Shown here piece by piece: positions 34,861 through 47,084 of a stretch of 64,000 nt of DNA. The stretch covers positions 175,214,001 through 175,278,000 of the forward strand of contig NC_058368.1 in NCBI RefSeq assembly GCF_018350175.1. The letters run 5' to 3'. Every line of letters starts with the position of its first letter. Position 1 is the stretch's first letter. The notes under the pieces were generated by a model that saw only the letters and a program-made list of their open reading frames with translations, ran no database searches and had not been told where the DNA came from. The DNA is from Felis catus (lineage: Eukaryota). The position numbers and the translations under genes are program-made.

Positions 34861-36137
34861 ATGAACGAAATGCCTGCTCATACCAGACCAATCCTTGTTC
34901 GAAGAATTTCTCAATTAATCATCATGACAATCCAGCAAGACACTAAAATAGGCACAGCTTGCCTGATGAGCTCCTTTCGTCTGATGAACTAACCCATGTC
35001 CACTCTGTGTGGCCTTAGTGCCTTTTATTCCCTCCATAATCTAGGTCACAGGAGAGGATGCGTGACCCATGGGGTAGCAATTAGAGTTCTGTCCTCCATT
35101 CGACGTTTAGATGCTTCAGATTTCTACCTCCAGCCAAAATGGAGCAGATTTAGCCTCCTACCAGAAACAACTAGAAACAAACGGACAAAATATGTACAAT
35201 CATGCTTTTCAGTCTTAGAATCGGACAGCACGTGACATTTTAAGCTCGGTACCCTTTGGGGTTACAAGATGGTTGCCAACATCTCCTAGGGCGACCTGTT
35301 TTTTCATCCATGAGAGAACGAGAGGAAACATCTGTTCCAGCATTCCAAATAAGAACAACAGTGTGATGAGCCTGACTAATTGGACCAACTGAGGCGACAA
35401 GACAACCACAAAGGGCCTCCCTCTGGGAGACTGTCTGGTGTTGACTGGCACCCATTCCTGGAACTGGGGGTGCAGTCGGTTTCCCCCTCATCCCTCAGAT
35501 ACACAGAGGAGGCGTGGGCTCCTGAATGAAAATTAGACGACTAGCAGAAGAATACTTACTTGAATTCCAGATCAACAACCAACGGGGAAAGCATGATTGC
35601 CCATCTCAGCACGCATTAGGGAGCCACGCTTGTCTTCCGATCCATTTCTCTGGTCATTCTGAAGAGAAGCAATTCCTAAGTGTAATCAGATGGGCCGCTT
35701 CATGGGAACTCTCTCCCCGTCCTCCTCCAGACATGAGAGAAAACAGGTGGTCAAGCAGGCATGACCACTGAGAGTTTTCTGAGCCAGGATTAAACAGAGG
35801 CATTGAACATGCCAAGCAATGGTAACACTCAGACGAAAACATCAGCTCCATTTCCCTTCAAAGCATTTTGAATTAATTTTTAATTCACTCTCTGCCTTGT
35901 CAATTATGAACAGAGATGCCAGCACCAGCATAAGAGCTGGAGTGTGGAAGCCCTATAACTAATTTCAGAAGAGGCACAAACCGATGTTCCAGGGCTGGGG
36001 CTGGGCAGGGGCAGCAGTCCTGTGCCTTCAGGAGACACATTTTAGCATCTTATACATAATTGCCTCTGTTCACGTCATAACCACCAGTGGAGGAGTTAGG
36101 TCAGCTGTCAATGGCACTTCTAAAGTAAAAATGACCA

Positions 36138-36346
36138 GGGGCGCCTGGGTGGCTCAGTCGGTTGAGCGTCCGACTTGGGCTCAGGTCATGATCTCACAGT
36201 CTGTGAGTTCGAGCCCCACGTTGGGCTCTGTGCTGTTAGCTCAGAGCCTGGAGCTTGCATCAGATTCTATGTCTCTCTCTCTCTCTCTCTGCCCCTCCCT
36301 CACTCATGGTTTGTCTCTTTCTCAAAAAATGAATAAACGTTAAAAA
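36138..36346 (+). mobile_element. CAN-SINE
   Basis: Full-length head through aataaacgttaaaaa. Confidence 0.94.
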
Positions 36347-36445
36347 TTCAGATTCTGTGTCTCCCTCTCTCTCTCTGCCCCTCCCCTGCTCATGCTCTGT
36401 CTCTCTCTGTCTCAAAAATAAACAAAAACTTTAAAAAAATTAAAA
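36347..36445 (+). mobile_element. 5'-truncated CAN-SINE in the tail of the previous copy
   Basis: Starts at ttcagattctgtgtctccc; has its own (CT)n and A tail. Confidence 0.88.
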
Positions 36446-36449
36446 ACCC

Positions 36450-36970
36450 CATACAAGTTACCATATTCACTTACATTTTTAAGCGTGCAACTCAGTAGAG
36501 TTAAGTGAATTCACGTTGTTGTACAACCAGTCTCTAGAACTCTTCTCCGCTTGCAAAAGTGAAACTCTGTGTCCATTAAACAGTTCCCTCGTCTGCTCAC
36601 CCCTCCCCCGCCCCCAGCAACCACCAGTCCACCTCCTGCCTCTATGAATTTGACTACTCCAAGACGTCATTTACGTGAAATCGTGTCCTCACGATTCATC
36701 CTTGTTGCGCCGTGTGTCAGAACGCCCTTCCCCTTTAAGGCTGAATAACGTTCCATTGGCTGTACGCACCACGCTTTGTTTATTCATGCATCTGTCAATG
36801 GACACTTCGATTCCTTCCACCTATTGGCTATTGTGAATAACACTGCCACGAACGTGCATGTACAGACACCTCTTCCAGGTCCTGCTTTCACTTCTCAGGG
36901 CGTATACCCAGAAGGGGAGATGCCGGATCATATTCTCTTTCTAGTTTTTTGTAGAACTGCCATCCTGTTG
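36450..36970 (-). mobile_element. L1 3' UTR fragment (L1MB/MC-like)
   Basis: ttttaaggctgaataacgttccatt...ttggctattgtgaataacactgc motif. Confidence 0.8.
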
Positions 36971-38369
36971 GAGCCATTCTCATGTTCTCATTTGTTCTTA
37001 CAACATCCTGTGAGAGGCAGAGAATGCTGAAGGAATAGACTCAGAGAGATAAAGTGGCATTTTACAGATGAGGACACCGAGGCTCGAAACGGTCATCAAT
37101 TTTAGGATTATGGAGCGATGGTTAAGAGCTTGGGTTTGGGGAGCCAGGCACACAGGAAGCCATGGTGGGATCGGACCCCGCATTTTTCTAGTGCAAACAC
37201 ACCGCTTTCTACCAAAAAAATGTTGTGTTTTCTTGTTTGTTTTGTTTTGTTTTGTCCCTTCCAAGATGTTGTATTTCTATTTCAAATCACTCTAAAAGTT
37301 AATTCTTTTCGTTGATGTCCAACCAAATTACTAAGCAAGCAAGAAAAAAATTTTTTTTTATAAATAACCCTGCTAGAAGAAAATGCAGTGTTATTCCATT
37401 CACATAGCAAGGATGTTGCACAGAAAATACATTTCAGGGTCTGGTCTAGGCATGAAGAGAGAGAAATGGAAGGGGAAGACAGGAAAATCAAATCGTTTTC
37501 TTGGGACATGAAGTTAAAAAATAATCATTCATATTGAACCAAAAGCAACATAGGTGGCTGGTGGGTCAGATGGTTCCGTGGAGAAGAAAGGACGGGAAGT
37601 TACTGCATACAGTGCCCCCCACACCCACTCACATTAATCCTGAAAATTAGGAGGTACATCATCTACTATGCATAATAGCAAATAACATAATAATAAATAT
37701 AAATAATAATAATATGGCATCTATATTATAGTACATAATAAATAAAGTTTAACACTTATGTCCCACCTCCCAGTTTAGACAAAGGGAACATTACCAGTAC
37801 ATTATTAGCGAGCAGTTTGCAACTCTCCCATAATACCCTTCTACTTCCCAGACCACCAAGGCTACCTAAGCCCCAGATTTTGTGTTAACCATTCACTTAT
37901 ACGTCTTCATAGGCTTATTAACTATCTGTATATGCATCCCAAATCAGTACTTGGAATTTTGACTCTCCCATGGATGAAATCCTGCTGTTTGAACCAATGG
38001 AATCATATCGTGCCATCTTTTCAATATTTGATCAATATTTTGGTTTTAACATTCATCGGTGTTAGCTAATGTATAGATGTGGTTCATTCTCATCGTCGCA
38101 TAGTATCTCATAACTTGTTTGTCCATTCTCCTGTTAATGAACACTTGGGTGGTTTGCATTAATTCGCTATTGTAAACCATGTGGAAATGGCTGTCTCTTC
38201 CAGGGTATATACAGAGAAACAGAATTCTTGGCTCACACAGCGAGCCGTATTAAGACTTAGTAGATAATGTCAGAAACTTTCCAAAAGTATTCACAGCTGT
38301 TTATACTCTCACTAGGAGTACAACTTTCTCTGTTACTTCACATGTTGTCCAATATTTAATAATAACTAA

Positions 38370-38576
38370 TTTTTTAATGTTTTTATTTATTTTTGAGACA
38401 GAGAGAGACAGAGCATGAGCAGGGGAGGGGCAGAGAGAGAGGGAGACACAGAATCCAAAGCGGGATCCAGGCTCTGAGCGGTCAGCGGAGAGCCTGACGC
38501 GGAGCTCGAACTCACGGACTGTGAGATCATAACCTGAGCTGAAGTCGGACGCTTAACTGAGCCACCCAGGCACCCC
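38370..38576 (-). mobile_element. CAN-SINE
   Basis: TSD taataataactaattttt. Confidence 0.95.
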
Positions 38577-38953
38577 TAATAATAACTAATTTTTTAAACG
38601 TTTGCAAATGTTTCGGGAACTGAATGGTATCTCATTTGTGGTCTTATTTTGCATTTCCCTGATTACTTATAAGATCGATTCTCTTTTCATATGCTTCCTG
38701 ACTATTTGTATTTCCTCATCTCCGAATTGTGTGTTTAGATTTTTTGCTTCTCGTCCTCGTAGGTTGTTTGCCTGTGGTGGGTGGTGACGGTGTTTTCTTG
38801 CTGACGCCTACAAGTTCTGTGTCTATTCTGCACACTAAATCTTTTTAGGTTTCAAATACATTTTCCCTGTTTGTGATTTGTCTTCATTCATGAAGGCTTC
38901 TTAACGTCACATGGTTACATTTACAGAAATTCTTTATAGCTTGCATTTTCTTA

Positions 38954-39174
38954 TTTTTTTTTAAATTTTTTTTTTAACGTTTATTCATTTTTTGAGAGAG
39001 AGACACAGAGCATAAGCGGGAAAGGGGCAGAGAGAGGGAGACACAGAATCCAAGGCAGGCTCCAGGCTCCGAGCTGTCAGCCCAGAGCCCGACGCGGGGC
39101 TTGAACTCACGGACCGTGAGATCATGACCTGAGCCGAAGTCGACGCTCAACCGACAGAGCCACCCAGGCGCCCC
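38954..39174 (-). mobile_element. CAN-SINE
   Basis: TSD ~tatagct(t/c)gca. Confidence 0.95.
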
Positions 39175-39945
39175 TATAGCTCGCACTTCATATTTCATAT
39201 TTCAAAAGTTTCCCTCCTCTAAGCTCCTACATTTATTCTAAAAGTTCAAAACTTTTCCTTTCCCGTTTAAATCTTTAATCCATCCCCAATTGGTTTTTCT
39301 ACGGGGCAGTTATCCGATTTCATTTTTCCCATATGGTTAACAAACTGTCTCTGCACTAATTATTGAATTATTCCACAGTGCCATCTCTGTCATATATCAA
39401 GTCATATTACGTGGGTAGGGTGTCTCTGGGTAACTGAGATCCTGTGTTCTTGCCCACTGATCTATGTGTTTATCCCTCTGCCACGTCAAACCGTCTTGCT
39501 GTCTGGTAGGGCAAGTGCCCCCATCTTAACATTCTTCAGAAATTACTTAGCTGTTCTTGGCCCCTCGCCTTCACGTTAGAATCAGCTTGTCAATGTCCGT
39601 TAAAAATTATGCTGGGATTTTGACGGGTGAGCCATCAAATCTAGAGATCAATTTGGGGAAAATTGATATACTTAGAATATTGATTCTTCCTACCTATAAA
39701 TACAGACTGTCATCCTGCTTATTTGGGCCTTTAAAAACATATATTTAGTGAAGTAAAATTGCCTACATGTTTTTTACATAAAGTCCTGGCATCTCTTTAG
39801 GAATTTTATACTTTTGTAGGTCTTATCTTTTAAATGAAAAATTTCTAATTGTTGCTGGTGTATGTAAATGCCATTGATTCTATATTTTGGGGGTATGTCC
39901 AAAAGTCTTACTAACCATGGTCATTAATAATTTTACCCAACTTTT

Positions 39946-40108
39946 TATTTTTATTTATTTATTTTTAATATATGAAATATATTTTTAATATATGAAATAT
40001 ATTTTTAATATATGAAATATATTTTAATATATGAAATATATTTTAATATATGAAATTTAATATATTTTAATAAAAATATGACATAATTTGTTGTCAAATT
40101 GGTTTCCA
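39946..40108 (-). mobile_element. Extremely 5'-truncated feline L1 3' tip with amplified 20-mer
   Basis: tttttaatatatgaaat...ttgtcaaattggtttccat matches my recollection of the antisense feline L1 terminus; TSD-like attttacc(c/t)aa(c/t)tttt. Confidence 0.65.
39961..40056. repeat. AT-rich 20/19-bp minisatellite (ATTTTTAATATATGAAATAT)x~5
   Basis: Three exact 20-mers, one 19-mer and one partial unit. Confidence 0.95.
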
Positions 40109-40895
40109 TTTTACCTAATTTTTTAAAGTAGACATTTAAATCATCTTCAGATAATTACACTTTCTTTGTTTCTGTTCCTCACACAGCTCATTTATTTTCC
40201 TCTAGCATGAGACTGAGATTTAGTGGGGATAGCGAGCTTCCTTGTTTTAATTACAGATAAAAAGGAAATGCTTTTAACATTTCACCTTTGAGGAGGACAT
40301 TTTGAGCAGTTTCTTTATTGCCCTTGTTGTTTCATTTTATTTGTTTTGTTTTCTACAAACCTCATCAGGCAAAGAAAGTTCCCTTTTATGTCTAGAAAAG
40401 CTTTGTTTTGTTTTTAAGCATGAAGCCTGGCTCAGTTTGGTCAAATCCTGTTCCTTTTTTTTTTTTTTTTTTTAAATCCATTGTTGGACTCTATTTTCTA
40501 AATTTGATTTAGGGATTTGTTTTGGTTTAGAAATGTTTTCAGTTACATTCTTGAATCAGATTGGTCCACACTGTCTGGGTTAGATGTCAAGTTGCAAGCA
40601 CTTCAGAAAGTGAGTTGGGGAATGTTTCCTCTTCTCTGAATTTGTGTGGCATTTGAAACGACCTGTTCCATTATGGAAAAAATTTTTTTTTATTTTATTA
40701 TCAACTCCCATAATAGTTAATGGACCATTCAGGTTTTGTGTCTTTGAGTCATTTTTAATAATTTATGTTTCTCTAGTTCTTGTCCATTATGCCTGCGTTG
40801 AAATTTATTAAGATCAAATTATTCCTAGGTTATCTTATTTTTTCTTGTTTCAATCTCTGCTGATCTGCATTTGTCTGTTTTCCTATGTTAAGTAC

Positions 40896-41120
40896 TTTTT
40901 TTTTTTAATTTTTTTTTCAACGTTTATTTATTTTTGGGACAGAGAGAGACAGAGCATGAACGGGCGAGGGGCAGAGAGAGAGGGAGACACAGAATCGGAA
41001 ACAGGCTCCAGGCTCCGAGCCATCAGCCCAGAGCCTGACGTGGGGCTCGAACTCCCGGACCGCGAGATCGTGACCTGGCTGAAGTCGGACGCTTAACCGA
41101 CTGCGCCACCCAGGCGCCCC
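40896..41120 (-). mobile_element. CAN-SINE (young SINEC_Fc)
   Basis: Full length; TSD ctatgttaagtacttttt. Confidence 0.97.
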
Positions 41121-41649
41121 CTATGTTAAGTACTTTTTAAAATTTGAGTCTTCTGTCTTGTTTGGGATTTGTCAATATTGCTAGATGTTTATTAAATTTT
41201 TTAGAGTTTTCAAAAAAAAACCGATTCGGGGTTTTATTATATCCTTTTATCTTTTTTCCCTTATTTTTCTTATTTTTGCTTTTATTTTTATATCCGCGCT
41301 TCCTAATTGCTTTGAGTCTATTTGCTTGTGTTTTTTCTAATTTCTTCAGTGGGACATGTAGTCCGTGTGTTTCTCTCTCATTTTCATCTCTTCCAACATA
41401 ATCATTTAAAGCTATAAAATTCCTTCTGAAAAGCAATTTAACTGCAGCCCACATTCAGTCACATGGCGTTTTCATTACCACCCGGCTCTAAGTATTTTCA
41501 AAACATTCTTTCTTCTCTGTCTTGATGAAGTCATGAGTTATGCAGAAGTTTTGTTTTGTAATTCTGAGTGTCCCCGGGTTTCATTCTGTAGGCCAGGGAT
41601 GTCCAATTCCGGTACATGTGCTGTCACTTGCCCCCTGCCACACCTATGC

Positions 41650-43350
41650 CTGGCATGGTGAAGGGGCCCCGCATCGTTCCCGTTAGGCCCAGAAGCCTCC
41701 CCCGCGCGGCCCTCCGGGCGGCCAGAGCCCATCAAGACCCGTAAGTGGGAAAGCGACTGAGCATCCCTGCTGCAGGTTGGGGAGACCTGCCCGCCGGCCA
41801 GGCTCACACTTGTGCTTTAAAAGAAAATGACTCTGGGGCGCCTGGGTGGCGCAGTCGGTTAAGCGTCCGACTTCAGCCAGGTCACGATCTCGCGGTCCGG
41901 GAGTTCGAGCCCCGCGTCGGGCTCTGGGCTGATGGCTCGGAGCCTGGAGCCTGTTTCCGATTCTGTGTCTCCCTCTCTCTCTGCCCCTCCCCCGTTCATG
42001 CTCTGTCTCTCTCTGTCCCCAAAATAAATAAAAACGTTGAAAAAAAATTAAAAAAAAAATAAAAATAAAAGAAAATGACTCTGATCTCGAGACAGTAAAA
42101 AAAAAAAAAAAAAAAAAGACCAACTTTCCTTAGCCCTAGACTATTTTATTTTCGATCACAAACATTACAGATGCATCCGTTTAACCCAAAAGGCATTTAC
42201 TGAGCAATTACTGTGTCTACGGCAGCGGGTTGTACAGCACGAAGGAAAACTGTTGCGCGCCCCCCTCTCCCCGGGCCCCCAGGCGTTTGCAGTGAGCCTG
42301 GTAATAAACGAGTCTTTCGCTCCGAAAGCCTTGTCAGGGCATTCCTGGCGCCCGGCACTGCTTCTTCTCTCAAGTGTGATCTCATTGCCAGCCACTCCGG
42401 GAGCGAGCTGGTGTTATCTCCACTTGACAGATAACGAAACGAGACTTAGAGAAATGAAGCGGGGCGCCCGAGATTGGCCAGCCAGCAGGAGAGCCCCAAC
42501 CCGGAGCCACCCGGCTGTGTGGGCGCCGCGCCTTCGCCTTGGAAAAGATTGCAAGCTTTTATGTTTTATTTTCTCGCTCCCGTTTCGTCCACATGCTCAG
42601 CGAGCGGAGGGTGCGATGGAAACGGACGGCTGTGCTGTCCATTCGCTTCTCCACGGCCGAAAGGCCGTCCAATCTGCAAGCTGCTCTAAATTACATCACG
42701 GGTAGTTGGCTCCAAGAATCTTGCTTTGGGGGCTTGTTGTCTGTTTTCCTTATCTCTTCGGAATGCTTTGGCCGACCAGGCAGAATGCTTATCTTGCCGC
42801 TTTAGGGCCTTGAAAAAAAAATGCAGGCTGTGGTGCTGAGCGTCCTTCCCTGGGGGCCTGTGTGACACATACTAAATCCACACCGCCCAAGGCAGAGAAG
42901 CAGCTGGGGGTCTGGTCTGTGCTCTGGGTAAGGCAGCTAAGGGCCGTGCACAGCATGTTACCCCATAGTGCACGGGGCCCAGACACCGGCTCTCGGTTCC
43001 CCCCCCCCCATCCGAAAAGAGAGAACTCCTATGAAGCCTTTCATAAGCCCAAATGGCCTACGTCGAAGAAGCCGGGGCCATTCATTCATAGGAAAAAAAT
43101 GTTTTGATCTTTCCCAGAACCAAAACATAACCTCTCCTCGGCTTTTCTGATACCCGAGGACACGTCTTGCTAACGGATGCACAAAATAAGTCGAGATGAA
43201 GCACAGATGCTCACGGACACAGTTCAGAGCTCTGGCGGTTTGATGCTGAGCTGCTGAGTGTGGTGTCCGGGGAAGGAGCCGGGCGGGGCCGCTCTCCCCG
43301 CTCCCGGTACCTGCTGCCTCCGTTAATGGCTCACAGCTAAACAAACACTG
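41650..43350. promoter_or_regulatory. CpG-rich island-like region (possible orphan CGI)
   Basis: Visibly high CpG density outside SINEs (cccgcgcggccctccgggcggcc, gcgcgcccc, gggcgccgcgcc); GC box GGGCGGGG at 43281. Confidence 0.5.
41835..42065 (+). mobile_element. CAN-SINE (young SINEC_Fc)
   Basis: Essentially consensus; perfect TSD taaaagaaaatgactct. Confidence 0.97.
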
Positions 43351-43595
43351 CGCACTGTTTTCACTTGTTTCTTTTTTTCCCAGAAAAGTGCAAATCCTCT
43401 GTGGATTTCTTCCCACTGAGCAGAAAACAGGTACTAACGTAGGTCTTTTCCTAGAAAAAAATGGTATCCCGTTTCAACTGTAATTATTAGAATGAGGATT
43501 ATTATTCCCATTTGACCACTAGGAATTCAAGGCGCAGGGAGATACACGATTTACCCAAGGTCACATAGCCATTAAGCAGCAGAACCGAGATTTAA

Positions 43596-43796
43596 CATTT
43601 ATTTATTTTTGAGACAGAGAGAGACAGAGCATGAATGGGGGGAGGGCCAGAGAGAGAGGGAGACACAGAATCTGAAACAGGCTCCAGGCTCCGAGCTGTC
43701 AGCACAGAGCCCAACGCGGGGCTCGAACTCACAGACCGTGAGATCGTGACCTGAGCGAAGTCGGACGCTCAACTGACTGAGCCACCCAGGCGCCCC
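43596..43796 (-). mobile_element. CAN-SINE lacking a poly(A) tail, inserted in a MIR
   Basis: TSD agaaccgagattt(aa); host MIR ~43480-43835. Confidence 0.94.
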
Positions 43797-44088
43797 AGAA
43801 CCGAGATTTAAAACCTTCATCTGTCAGGCTCTGTCTTCTCTTAAAGTCGAAACCCATGTTTAGACAGCAGATGCTACTCTGTTATTGCAACTGTGCAGGG
43901 GGACAGAGGGGCAGATGATGGTGTCCAAAAGGTATATCCTTCTACACTTACGGGTTTTTCCTAAATGGAAAAAAAAAAATTATGCTGTATAATTACTGCA
44001 AGAACCATGTTGGGATTTGTCCTCAGTCCTGCTAACTTGGCCCTCAGCCTCCACTTGACCTGAGCGTTCATCAGAAATGCAAGTTCTT

Positions 44089-44248
44089 GGGGCACCTGGG
44101 TGGCTGTTGGTTAACCGTCCAACTCTTGGTTTCGGCTCGCATCATGATCTCGCAGTTTGTGGAATCAAGCCCCGTGTCAGGCGTTGCGTTGACGGTGCAG
44201 AGCCTGCTTGCGATTTTCTCTCTCTGCCCCTTCCCCCACTCACTCGCA

Positions 44249-44284
<36 letters not shown>

Positions 44285-44310
44285 ATAAATAAGCATAAAA
44301 AAAAAAACCA
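44089..44310 (+). mobile_element. CAN-SINE, older, inside a MER5-like fragment
   Basis: TSD agaaatgcaagttctt. Confidence 0.93.
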
Positions 44311-45731
44311 AGAAATGCAAGTTCTTGGACCCCATCTTATACGCACACGGTTGAACCAGAGCCCCAGATGATTTACACACACACTGAATTTTATGATCTC
44401 TGCAAAACACCAGAAGGCCCGTTAAATGGCTTTTCTTCCATTTACAACCAGCTCTTTACTTGTATATGGAGACAGCCCCATAGGTTTAGGCATGATGGTT
44501 CTGTACCCATCTCTGCAGCTCAAAAATATCAGCAACAAAATCCCATTCAAGTATCCCAATGCTCCCGAGTATCCAGTTCGACGCGTTTGTATTCTCTCTT
44601 TCCCTCCTTTCCTTTCTTACATGCTGATTGATTGATTCATAGGTTTATCTGCCTCTTGTCTCTTCCTTCGGTCCACCCCCTAAGCAGGGTTCCTTAAATC
44701 CGAACAGAAGTGTGCAGACTCCCGCTTGAAAATCGTCAATGGCTCCCGGTGGTTGGCGCGGTGAAATGTCCACTTCTTTGGCTTGCCATTCATCGTCCTC
44801 CAAATCTGATGCCATTTTCTCTTTTCAGCCTCATTTGCCCCCCCCCACCTTGGGATGCCCCCCCATCTCCCACCTTGTACCTATGGGTGCTTGACTACCC
44901 TGGCTGCTCACAGACCCCAGAATCCTGCATGTTTCTTCCAGCACAGTGACACTGTGCCGTGCGCCTTCCCTTGTCCTGCCTTGTGAAATAGCCGTGGCTG
45001 GAATCTTCTCTCCCCAACTTACCGTCATGAGAGTATTTCGTCCTCTAAGAAGCAAAGGTATCTCCCAGGGCTATTGGGAGGCTTACAAAAGAAAAAGACA
45101 CATACAGTTCCTCGCACATAATATGTGACCAATCAATGCTAAATGGCAGGAAGTCAGGGAGGAAGAGGGAAAGGAAGGGAGGGAGGAAGGAAGAAACGGA
45201 AAATCGGCTAACGTTCTGGCATCCTGGGCTGTGAGCGCAGCGTACAGGAAGCTGTCCGTGGGGGCAGTTGGTCCCAAGCAAAGCCCAAGTCGAATTTTAC
45301 AGTGATTTGGAACCGTTGGAGCATTCTAAGCCTGCCGTCTCGGGGAGCATTTTCCCTGCGAATTGCAGGGAGCATGCTCCACTCTGGTGAATAACGGACA
45401 AGACACTTAGACATTCCTACGTAGACACATTTGGCTGGAGAACGGTTTCCAGGGGAGATTAGCAGTCCCAGGTGCAAGCTGTGTTTCAGAAATGGACCGA
45501 CTACCAAATGCTGAAGGCGAGGCCAGTATGCACAGGCGACTCCAGAATCTCTGGTTGGGAGCCTGGTGGCTCTGGTTGACACAGACAGCTGGGGTGGGAG
45601 CACTCAGGGACGCGGCCAGGGAGGAAAAGAGAGAGCTGAGTGTGGGTAGAGTCCCAGCCTCCGCAGCAGGCCCTTGAAATACAACTAGTGTGAAAAAAAT
45701 AAATGTTTAATTTGTTTCATTTTTTAGTAAA

Positions 45732-45933
45732 ATTTTTCAATGTTTATTCATTGTTGAGAGCAAGAGAGTGAGCAGGGGAGGGGCAGAGAGAGAGGGAGAC
45801 ACAGAATCCGAAGCAGGCTCCAGGCTCTGAGCCATCAGCCCAGAGCCTGACGCGGGGCTCGAACTCACGAACCGTGAGATCATGACCTGAGCCGAAGTCG
45901 GACATTTAACTGACTGAGCCACCCGGGCGCCCC
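45732..45933 (-). mobile_element. CAN-SINE
   Basis: TSD ~tttgtttcatttt. Confidence 0.94.
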
Positions 45934-46151
45934 TGCTTTTGTTTCATTTTAATGGATTAAAAGTTAAATTTAAATTGCCGCTGCTTCTTCTTCTTCTTTT
46001 TTTTTTTTTTTTTATTTTTATAAACATGGACATCCAGCATCTCTTTGGTGAAAAAAGCTCTGCTTTCCTCATTATTTTTGCCGGCACCTTTGCGGTGTTT
46101 CTCATTCTTGACCTGCTATGAGATGCTGCCATTTAAATCCACCACGATTCT

Positions 46152-46365
46152 GGGGCGCCTGGGTGGCGCAGTCGGTTAAGCGTCCGACTTCAGCCAGGTC
46201 ACGATCTCGCGGTCCGTGAGTTCGAGCCCCGCGTCGGGCTCTGGGCTGATGGCTCAGAGCCTGGAGCCTGCTTCTGATTCTGTGTCTCCCTCTCTCTCTG
46301 CCCCTCCCCCGTTCATGCTCTGTCTCTCTCTGTCCCAAAAATAAACAAACGTTGAAAAAAAAAAT
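46152..46365 (+). mobile_element. CAN-SINE (young SINEC_Fc), no visible TSD
   Basis: Near-consensus full-length copy. Confidence 0.96.
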
Positions 46366-46369
46366 TTTA

Positions 46370-46518
46370 ATTGAAATGGATAAAATTAAATAAAGTAAAA
46401 ATTCAGTTCCTCGGTTTCACTAGCCATCCTCCGAGAGCTCAAGGCCTTCCTGCGGCTGTACCCGTGTGAGAGCTCTGGACATTTCCCTCACCACAGAAAG
46501 CTCTCCTGGACAGCGCTG
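46370..46518. mobile_element. MER3/MER33-like hAT-Charlie fragment
   Basis: aaaaattcagttcctcggtttcactagcca...cacagaaagctctcctggacagcgctg. Confidence 0.7.
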
Positions 46519-47084
46519 ACCATGGGCCTCAAGCTGTGAAAGACCAGAAGGTATGATCACAGTGACCCAAGTGGTGGAATCCTCCAGACCAAGGTCCATA
46601 AAGGCCTGTAAGGCCTGACCATGCCCAGCAGATGCCGCAGCACCTGGGGATACTGAGGCTCGCCCACCCTGCACCCCTCCGTGCTGGCCATCCCAGAGAT
46701 GCTCTCTGTGGGGAAGGTGGTCCATCATACTCCCCCGAGAGGTTGGAATCACTTCTCGCTGAGACAGAGAAGGAAACGGAGACTCGGACAAATTCAGTAA
46801 CTTAACTCAGGCTGTGTGAGTGAAGGAGGAGTCAGATCCAGATCGGATTCCTTAGTCTGTGCTCTTTTTGATTTGCACGTGGCCCCCATTGGAGGCCGGT
46901 CAGAGGAAACCATCAGGCTGGGTTTACCCAGGGCATTCACTACCATTACAGTCCACTTTTGCATCATTCAGGCTGCTGAAGGGCCACTGTCAAGTTCCAC
47001 TCACAGCCCACCTGTACTAAGCTAGAAGTACATTTGTACGATGACGCACAAGTTCAAAGTATGAAGCCCAGAGTGTGGACACCT

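Larger units (their letters stand above)
37740..41560 (-). mobile_element. Long degraded antisense L1 (L1ME-like), interrupted by younger inserts
   Basis: T-rich L1-antisense motifs, e.g. ttttgcatttccctgattact, gggattttgacggg...aatctagagatcaatttgggg, aaggaaatgcttttaacatttcacc. Confidence 0.7.

Noticed and set aside
39961..40056. Regular 20-bp repeats as a CRISPR-like array
   Set aside because: The units are head-to-tail with no spacers, in a eukaryotic context with no cas genes.
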